From Nemertoderma westbladi (taxonomy: Eukaryota; Animalia; Xenacoelomorpha), in assembly GCA_032718475.1 (NCBI GenBank), contig JAUCBJ010002784.1:1-58857 (forward strand): a stretch of 58,857 nucleotides of DNA, in the 5' to 3' direction. Shown piece by piece: positions 49,718 to 58,857 of this stretch; positions within the stretch are counted from its first letter, which is position 1; each line of letters begins with the position of its first letter. Below the pieces are notes generated by a model. The model saw only the letters and a list, made by a program, of their open reading frames with translations, searched no databases and had not been told where the DNA came from. The translations under genes were made by a program, and so were the position numbers.

Positions 49718-51805
49718 GCCCCCCAACCCCGGGGCCGTTGGGTTGGCTGCGGCCGGGTGCTTTTCGCTTCTCATCGTACATTATTAGCCTCATACAGTTT
49801 AATTGTTCGTCCTTTTGGCCCAGTTCTCGTCGCTTGTAGATCTCCCTACGGTTTATTCGCACCGCCAGTCTCCTCTACTAACTAATAATTAGTTGACGTA
49901 CTACTTACTTACTCTTATATAAATACATTTTTATAATATTCTTCTAAATCACTTATATTTTTTATAAAGTTGCCATTTAATATGATAATAACGTAGATAG
50001 AGATAATAGTAGGTCGACTGCCTATCATCGTAAATTCCAAGAATTCGGCTATCCCCATAAAGCCGCGTTCATTTTACAAAAACTAAAATCTAAAATACAT
50101 TTTGTCAAATTTTGTCCCTTGAAAATCGGTGTGAAACATTTCGATGTTAAACTTTTATATTAAAACTCCAGAAACTCTAGGATAATTATTGTGTTTATTG
50201 TTAACTTGGTTGAAATGTGTCTATAAACTAGACAACCCACTCACTATCTGTAATATATAGAGCCGTTGACTCGGATAACTCGGACCAACTCAACTGCTCG
50301 CCGTCTATTACCATAAAGAGACATCATTTAATCTTTCTATAAGCAATTCAATATTAGCTTTTCATGAATTCGCACAATTCCTATCGGAATTAGCCATTCT
50401 TCTTCGCATTTAATGTCTCAACTTCGAATCTTCTTAATTATCTCTAGAACGCTTGCGTTGCTAGGATTCACAATAACAATATCTGAGAACAGCTGTTATT
50501 GCTTTCTAACATTACAGGTTTTATCGTTCTTTGGCGGCCATTATTTATTGTTCTATTTAACAATTACACAACCTTCTCAATCATTTTGTTTGTTTGTGTT
50601 GCTACGCATTTGAGATATTGTATAAACAGTTGTTACCCAGCTACTCAACAGAAAGACGTAGTGTTCTAGAATATCGTGTATTTATTAAATAGAATGGCGT
50701 TCAGCGAACGATACTTATTGCAATCTTTGAACGCCTATATCTCAGTTGTTTCTCCACGAAAGTAAAGAAATCTTTCCAATGAAATGAGAAAATTACGATT
50801 AATGTGAAGAATGGCCACGATTCGGAGGGGGCGATTCCGCAAAATGCAATTTTATTATAGAATCAAAAACAAAATATATAATTATGACTCCGTCTCAATG
50901 TCGGATGGGGCCTCAATGGGGGGGGGGGGGGGGGGTGTCATCAGATAATGACAAATTAATAATCATAATTTTAATGTTAATGTTAACAAATTTTCATCAA
51001 AATTAGGCCAAAATAGAGACAAATTATGTAAAAATTAGTGTGAAACTTTTTGAATTGAAAAGGATGTTCGAATTGTTTGAATTGAATTTGTGAAAAATCC
51101 CTGACATTTGGAAGTAAATATTATTAGAACACTTATTTTGACTTTGTAATATTGTGTAGTAATTAATATAAAGTTTAAATTTAATATTTAATTTTTTGGT
51201 GTATAATAGTTTGGCTTTGGAGCAACAAATTACAAAGGAAATCCATGAAAAACAGAAAGAGAATTCAGTGGGACGATTTTAGTCTGAAATAAATCATAAT
51301 ATAAAAGGTGTGATAATTATATTGGTAATTAATTGTAAGTCAATTCAATTTAATAATTATAATGATTTTAATCGTAATAATTGTTTTATATTTTACAATC
51401 GGATGAAGTACCAAGGTGTGCTATTATAGTACCAAGGTGTGCTATTATAGCACAGGGTGTCGCCTTGCTATTAATGTTTTTATTAATTTGTTCTCTTCGC
51501 CACGATTAAAATTGTTTATTTCACCGTTGTAGAATGTTGGTTTATATCAGAACTGTAATAGAATCAATATAGATAACAAACTGCCTGAATATTATTGCCT
51601 ATTCCTCGTGTCTTTTATTATTTAATGATACTCATCTAGATGGTGTTCTCCGCACCTTCCCACACGTTCACATCCTACCACCCTTGGTAAAGTATTTACA
51701 GATTTAGTTTTCATAATTAAAAGTATTTTGTATAAATAACTTATTGCCATAATACACTAGCTCTATACACAGAGGTACTAAGTGGGGTTTTTTTATCACA
51801 TTTTT

Positions 51806-53424
51806 AATGATGCTGATTTCTGTACGTAGTGAATGCAGTATGGTGCTGCTTTGTGAATGAAGTGATTGCAGTATGGTGCTGCTTTGTGAACGAAATGAAT
51901 GCAGTATGTTGCTGCTTTGTGAACGAAGTGAATGCAGTATGGTGCTGCTTTGTGAACGAAGTGAATGCAGTATGGTGCTGCTTTGTGAACGAAGTGAATG
52001 CAGTATGATATTGCTTTGTGTATATTGTGGATGCAGTATGATGCTGATTTGTGTGCGCAGTGAATGCAGTATGATGCTGATTTGCGTACGTACTGAATTG
52101 AGTATAATGCTGCTTTGCGTACGTACTGAATGCAATTTGATACTGCTTTGTTTACGTAGTGAATGCAGTATGATGCTGCTTTGTGTATATTGTGGATGCA
52201 GTATGATGCTGCTTTGTGTACGTAGTGAATGCAGTATGATGCTGATTTGTGTACGTACTAAATTGAGTATGATGCTGCTTTGTGCATATTGTGGATGCAG
52301 TATGATGCTGCTTTGTGTTCGAAGTGAATGCAGTATGATGCTGATTTGTGTACGTAGTGAATTGAATGTAGTATGTGCTGCTTTGTTTACGTAGTGAATG
52401 CAGTATGATGCTGCTTTGTGTATATTGTGGATGCAGTATGATGCTGCTTTGTGTACGTAGTGAATGCAGTATGATGCTGATTTGTGTACGTACTAAATTG
52501 AGTATGATGCTGCTTTGTGCATATTGTGGATGCAGTATTATGCTGCTTTGTGTTCGAAGTGAATGCAGTATGATGCTGATTTGTGTACGTAGTGAATTGA
52601 ATGTAGTATGTGCTGCTTTGTTTACGTAGTGAATGCAGTATGATGCTGCTTTGTGTATATTGTGGATGCAGTATGATGCTGCTTTGTGCACGTAGTGAAT
52701 GCAGTATGATGATGATTTGTGTATGTAGTGAATGCAGTATGATGATGATTTGTGTACGTACTAAATTGAATATGATGCTGCTTTGTGTATATTGTGGATG
52801 CAGTATGATGCTGCTTTGTGTTCGAAGTGAATGCAGTATGATGCTGATTTGTGTACGTAGTGAATTGAATGCAGTATGTGTTGCTTTGTTTACGTAGTGA
52901 ATGTTCTATGATGCTGCTTTGTGTACGTAGTGAATTGAATGCAGTAGTATGCTGCTTTGTGTATGTAGTGAATTGAATGCAGTATGTGCTGCTTTGTTTA
53001 CGTAGTGAATGCTATATGATGCTGCTTTGTGTTCGAAGTGAATGCAGTATGATGCCGCCATGCTGATTTGTGTACAAAGTGAATGCAGTATGATGCTGAT
53101 TTGTGTACGAAGTGAATGCAGTATGATGATGCTTTGTGTACGAAGTGAATGCAGTATGATACTGCTTTGTGTATATTCTGGATTCAGTATGATGCTGATT
53201 TGTGTATATAGTGGATGCAGTATGATGCTGCTTTGTGAACGTATGGAATGCAGTATGATGTTGATTTGTGTACGAAGTGAATGCAGTATGATACTGCTTT
53301 ATTTATATTCTGGATGCAGTATGATGCTGCTTTGTGTACGTATTGAATGTAGTTGATGCTGATTTATGTACGAAGTGAATGCAGTATGATGCTTCTTGGT
53401 ATACATAGTGAATGCAGTATGATC
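51806..53424 (+). repeat. 33-bp tandem repeat (GTGAATGCAGTATGATGCTGCTTTGTGTACGTA), ~48 diverged copies
   Basis: Direct periodicity, with a ~235-bp higher-order block repeated around 52140-52850. Confidence 0.95.
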
Positions 53425-53727
53425 CATATTGTTTACATTAATCATGATGACTTTATGTAAAATTGTCTCACGCCAGCTATGCAATAGCTGAATAGTTTAG
53501 GATTGCAATGTTGGATAAAAATTATTTGCCATTATATTATTTTACCAAAAAACATTAATATCAAATATATTTATCATCAGCTGCTCTGCTCTGCTTCGAT
53601 ATCGTTTTTTATCCATTTTATTAAATATTTTCGGTTCGAGGGCGGATTGAAATATGTGAAAAAAGTAAAGCAACATTTGTATATAAATATTTAATTGTGT
53701 AGTTAGTTAGTGGTTGTAATGGAACGT

Positions 53728-54580
53728 AGGTCCGACTCGATGGAAGGCTCGCAAGTGCCTGGAAGGTCCGACAGGGAGGAAGGTCCGACAGGTAGGAATG
53801 TCCGACAGGGTTGAAAGTCCTGCAGGGAGGAAGGTCCGACTGGGTGAGGCTCCGACAGGGATGAAGGTCCGACAGGGGGGAGGTCCGACAGGGAGGAAGG
53901 TCCGACAGGGGGAAGGTCCGACTGGGGGAGGCTCCGACAGGGATGAAGGTCCGACAGGGGGACGGTCCGACGGTGAGGGAGGTCCGTCAGGGATTAATGT
54001 CCGACAGGGATGAAAGTCCTCAGGGAGGAAGGTCCGACAGGGATGAAAGTCCTCAGGGAGGAAGGTCCGACATGGATGAAGGTCCGAGAGTGAGCAAGGT
54101 CCGACAGTGATGAATGTCCGACAGGGATGAAAGTCCTGCAGGGAGGAAGGTCCGACAGGGGAAGGTGCGAGAGTGAGGAAGGTCCGACAGTGCGGAACTT
54201 CCGGCAGGCAGGAAGGCCCGATAGTAAGCAATGTCCGACATGGGGAATGTCCGACAGGGAGCAAGGTCCGACAGGGGGAAGGTCCGACAGGGAGGAAGAT
54301 CCGACAGGGAGGAAGGTCCGACAGGGAGGAAGGTCCGACAGTGAGGAAGATCCGACATGGAGGAATGTCCGAAAGGGGAAGGCACGACAGGGGTGAATGT
54401 CCGACAGAGGGGAAGGTTCGATAGGGGAAAGTCCGACAGTGAGGATGGTCCGACAGAGGGAAGGGGGTTCGACAGGGAACATTTATTTATAGAAACTAAT
54501 TTTCCAAACTTATCAAAATTACCAACGTTATCACAGTAGAGTTAACTCCTTGTCGGTCGTTATTTTCTGTCGGACCTTCA
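53728..54580 (+). repeat. ~16-18-bp GGAAGGTCCGACAGGGA repeat array with one inverted copy at the right end (foldback/MITE-like)
   Basis: About 40 degenerate GGTCCGACA units at 53728-54478; CTGTCGGACCTTC at 54567-54579. Confidence 0.8.
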
Positions 54581-55221
54581 AGTTGGGATATCATGCTTTG
54601 CTTACCACTCATTGGTTGCATTTTACTAATTAGTTAGTTAAAGTTAGACGCTGTAGAGGTGCGATTGCCAAGTAATTAATTATTTGTAATATATTTTATT
54701 TTGTATTATTCTTTTTATGACTGTCATTCCCAGTTTATTAATTAACTAACTTTACTCATATTCATTTTTCTAACATTTAAATCGGAGCGAATAACATTCT
54801 ATTAGCTTAGCTTTTACAAATTAATTTGAATTATTTATTTAAAGTTTATACATTCTACTAATTGATTTGTTGTATTCTATTTGAAATATTCATCGGATCT
54901 CGCTGAACATTTTGTTTCAGTGAATCTCATTAACTTATGTTAATGAGCCAAAATATCCTTTGATGCTTTGTACAACTCTTGTAATTTATATTGTGAATTG
55001 TTTTGGAATATGAAAGCAATACTTAGTATTGTCTTTATGTTAGTATTCATATTATTATTCCGCTGACGATAACGATAACGACTATTTGTTGGTGCCAGTC
55101 TACTTATGTTGTCATGGTTATAATATAATTATACAATGTGACCTTGCTGAATTCAATGATTTTGCGACATATAATAAAAGTATAACATGAGAGACAAGCA
55201 TAAATGCAATGATATTCAAAT

Positions 55222-56146
55222 TATGTTAAACCAGTACAGCACCTGTACCATTTAATCTTAAGTTAACGAATATTAATATGTTAAACCAGTACAGTACCTG
55301 TACCATTTAATCTTAAGTTAACGAATATTAATATGTTAAACCAGTACAGTACCTGTACCATTTAATCTTAAGTTAACGAATATTAATATGTTAAACCAGT
55401 ACAGTACCTGTACCATTTAATCTTAAGTTAACGAATATTAATATGTTAAACCAGTACAGTACCTGTATCATTTAATCTAAGTTAACGAATATTAATATGT
55501 TAAACCAGTACAGTGCCTGTACCATTTAATCTTAAGTTAACGAATATTAATATGTTAAACCAGTACAGTACCTGTACCATTTAATCTTAAGTTAACGAAT
55601 ATTAATATGTTAAACCAGTACAGTACCTGTACCATTTAATCTTAAGTTAACGAATATTAATATGTTAAACCAGTACAGTACATGTACCATTTAATATTAA
55701 GTTAACGAATATTAATATGTTAAACCAGTACAGTACCTGTACCATTTAATATTAAGTTAACGAATATGTTAAACCACTACAGTACCTGTACCATTTAATC
55801 TTAAGTTAACGAATATTAATATGTTAAACCAGTACAGTACCTGTACCATTTAATCTTAAGTTAACGAATATTAATATGTTAAACCAGTACAGTACCTGTA
55901 CCATTTAATCTTAAGTTAACGAATATAATATGTTAAACCAGTACAGTGCCTGTACCATTTAATCTTAAGTTAACGAATATTAATATGTTAAACCAGTACA
56001 GTACCTGTACCATTTAATCTTAAGTTAACGAATATTAATATGTTAAACCAGTACAGTACCTGTACCATTTAATCTTAAGTTAACGAATATTAATATGTTA
56101 AACCAGTACAGTACCTGTACCATTTAATCTTAAGTTAACGAATATT
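55222..56146 (+). repeat. 55-bp tandem repeat, ~17 copies
   Basis: TATGTTAAACCAGTACAGTACCTGTACCATTTAATCTTAAGTTAACGAATATTAA, near-perfect copies. Confidence 0.97.
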
Positions 56147-56227
56147 TAATTTTATTAATTGCCATTGAAGTGAAAAAACATATTGCGACGGGCTTTTCTA
56201 ACCAAAATCCTCAAGACCGGAACTTCC

Positions 56228-56874
56228 ATAAATACTAAGTTCTAGAACATAGACTCACTTTATTTATTAATAAATACTAAGTTCTAGAACATAGACTCAC
56301 TTTATTTATGAATAAATACTAAGTTCTAGAACATAGACTCACATTATTTATGAATAAATACTAAGTTCTAGAACATAGACTCACTTTATTTATGAATAAA
56401 TACTAAGTTCTAGAACATAGACTCACTTTATTTATGAATAAATACTAAGTTCTAGAACATAGACTCACTTTATTTATGAATAAATACTAAGTTCTAGAAC
56501 ATAGACTCACTTTATTTATGAATAAATACTAAGTTCTAGAACATAGACTCACTTTATTTATGAATAAATACTAAGTTCTAGAACATAGACTCACTTTATT
56601 TATGAATAAATACTAAGTTCTAGAACATAGACTCACTTTATTTATGAATAAATTCTAAGTTCTAGAACATAGACTCACATTATTTATGAGTAAATACTAA
56701 GTTCTAGAACATAGACTCACTTTATTTATGAATAAATTCTAAGTTCTAGAACATAGACTCACATTATTTATGAATAAATACTAAGTTCTAGAACATAGAC
56801 TCACTTTATTTATGAATAAATACTAAGTTCTAGAACATAGACTCACTTTATTTATGAATAAATACTAAGTTCTA
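56228..56874 (+). repeat. 42-bp tandem repeat, ~15 copies
   Basis: ATAAATACTAAGTTCTAGAACATAGACTCACTTTATTTATGA, near-perfect copies. Confidence 0.97.
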
Positions 56875-56940
56875 TAAGACTTGAAGGAACATTTACATTT
56901 ATATGTAAGAAAAATTCCCGGACAAACTGATTTCATTTTA

Positions 56941-57318
56941 TGGGGCGCTTCAACGCCCTGATTCTAATTCCAAAAAAGATATTTTCAAAATCTCTTTCCG
57001 GTGTCTTTTTCTTAAATAGTATTAAATAAATTAATGATACTATTTATAATAATGCCATATATATATTTAAAAAAATGCCCAGACCAAATTATATCATTTT
57101 TCGAATTTCTTAATCACCCTGATTCCGAAACTATTAATTTCATAACATTTTCCCGGTGTCTTTTAGAGTAATATTCTAAAATAATATTAAACTATGTTAA
57201 TTATACTGTATAGTGTATATATTATCAGAACCACCGAATATTCTCCATTGTAGTGCATATCAACTTACTTACTAACACGAAACTATCATTTTTGCAATCA
57301 GGGCGTTGAAGTGCCCCA
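56941..57318. mobile_element. MITE-like element with 23-bp inverted repeats
   Basis: TGGGGCGCTTCAACGCCCTGATT (56941-56963) versus AATCAGGGCGTTGAAGTGCCCCA (57296-57318). True ends and TSD not resolved. Confidence 0.55.
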
Positions 57319-57894
57319 ACAGTTTGGCTGGACATCTTTTTAAAAATATATAGATAGTTGAGCCCCTCACACCAATTTGCCCTATTCAAGTGTTTTATTG
57401 CGCAACATGTTACTTATAATCTGCTACAGTACTATATCGATTTAGCAGCTCAACGAATTTAGGATTAGACTAAATTAGCCCATTATATTTCAAACGATAA
57501 AGTTTAATAAAATCTACGATAAAGTTGAATAAAATCCTTGTACAGTAGGATCAATAATATGGGAACAGCTGCACATGGGACCATGCAGCTCTGTAGTTAC
57601 AGTATATGTATGGACTATAAAGTTTCGAACTTATGACGCCTCTCTTAACTAATAACAATATTATTACAAAGTTACTATTAATACTAAAATAGCCCTGTAT
57701 CAGTAATTCCTGTATCAGTAATTCCGCAATACCTTTAGAATATTAATAATTGTTTATTTTTAACCATAAATACAACGAAACCCTACTAATATTGATTATT
57801 TTATTGATTAAGTGTGGTGGGGGTGAGGGGGGGGGGGGGGTTGGGGTACTGGCCTTCAAATTTTGTTTATATTTCATCTTGAGCAGATTTTTAT

Positions 57895-58280
57895 AAAGAT
57901 TCCAAATATGAAAACCGTTTAGCCAAATCTGTATTACTTCTTGAGATATGACTGTACTGTATGTCCGTTTTACTGTCGGTCGGTTTCCAACTTTGGCCTC
58001 GTCGGTTTTGTCTGTCCGTCAAAATATAACCGACAACCAAACAGACAATTTGAACGTCACCAAGTGTTAAATCTGACATTCAGAATGAATTCTGCGACCA
58101 GAAAAACCCCAGAACTAAACTTTTAGCTAGATGGTGTGCCCTTTTCTTATATTTAACGGACAGATTGTCGAATAGTCAGAAAGACCGACCGACAGACAAA
58201 CTAAATTTCACAATGTCTCAATTTCAAAGTGAAATCTGACCTCAGAAATGTAATCAGCGACCAGGAAAACCCCCATAGCA
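57895..58280. repeat. Degenerate interspersed repeat with internal duplication (Helentron/MITE-like)
   Basis: AAATCTGACMTCAGAA..GCGACCAG.AAAACCCC near 58069 and 58232; GTCGGTCGG/CCGACCGAC inverted motifs. Confidence 0.35.
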
Positions 58281-58857
58281 GATATTCGTAGCATGATTTT
58301 GTGGTTTCGTGTTGCTATATACAGTATATATATTGAGGTTTACAGGTTTAAACTTTAAAAGCAATTATCACTGAATGGTAGTTTTTCATTTTTAAAACAT
58401 CCAATTTGCAAGTTTTTGGTATCAAATAAAAGCTACAGTAGTAGTGTGCGCATTAATAAAATCCGAGCAGTTTTTTTAGTTTTGCAATTGTTCATTTATT
58501 ATAAAAAAATTTACGAAAAAACATTGCTTTTTTTTAAATGACTTTGAAAAATAGCGGTATTTTAATTTAAATGTACGAAACAAAAATTCCGCACGAATTT
58601 TTTCATTTTTTCATCGGCCATGTTGATTCCAAAAAACGGTTACAGCTCCTGAAAATAAAGCAGAACAAAGGAGATGCATTTTGAGTCAAAAATGTACGAT
58701 TTGGCTCTGGCCGCTAAGGGGCGTCAAAAATGATTTTTTAAATATTACAATTCAATATAGTCCACCCAAACTGTATCTTACACTTTTTTTTCTACTTAAT
58801 CGCTCTTTGGTACAGTAAGCAATTCAATAGATTGACTTCCAATCCAGTACCCCCCCA

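Noticed and set aside
50035-50043. STAT site TTCCAAGAA downstream of the gene
   Set aside because: A single 9-mer is expected by chance.
51704-53484. Cys/Met-rich or His/Ser-rich repeat proteins
   Set aside because: These ORFs arise on both strands from a 33-bp repeat and are broken by frameshifts.
53707-54539. Pro-rich or collagen-like ORFs
   Set aside because: Overlapping ORFs in several frames are produced by a stop-poor GC-rich repeat.

Overview
Repeat-rich eukaryotic (invertebrate-animal-like) DNA with one convincing host gene. That gene is a two-exon type I cytokine-receptor-like (gp130/Domeless-type) membrane protein. Exon 1 is 19948-22009 and exon 2 is 48621-49717; spliced in frame they give about 1052 aa. 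Its single 26.6 kb intron holds an apparently intact 3.65 kb TTAA-flanked DNA transposon (Kolobok-like) and a ~20 kb array of about 530 38-bp units. Each unit resembles a sense-strand 3' splice site, and the array ends 45 bp before the real acceptor. Upstream is a decayed CR1/L2-group LINE, split by a 2.8 kb insertion with a 7-bp target-site duplication (TSD). Also upstream is an 11 kb foldback/MULE-type element with satellite-built inverted arms and a 9-bp TSD; it encloses a 3'-truncated BEL/Pao LTR retrotransposon and ends ~450 bp before the receptor ATG. Downstream are four unrelated tandem arrays (33, ~17, 55 and 42 bp units) and MITE-like remnants. No rRNA, tRNA or CRISPR was recognised. 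All calls are by eye; no searches were run.
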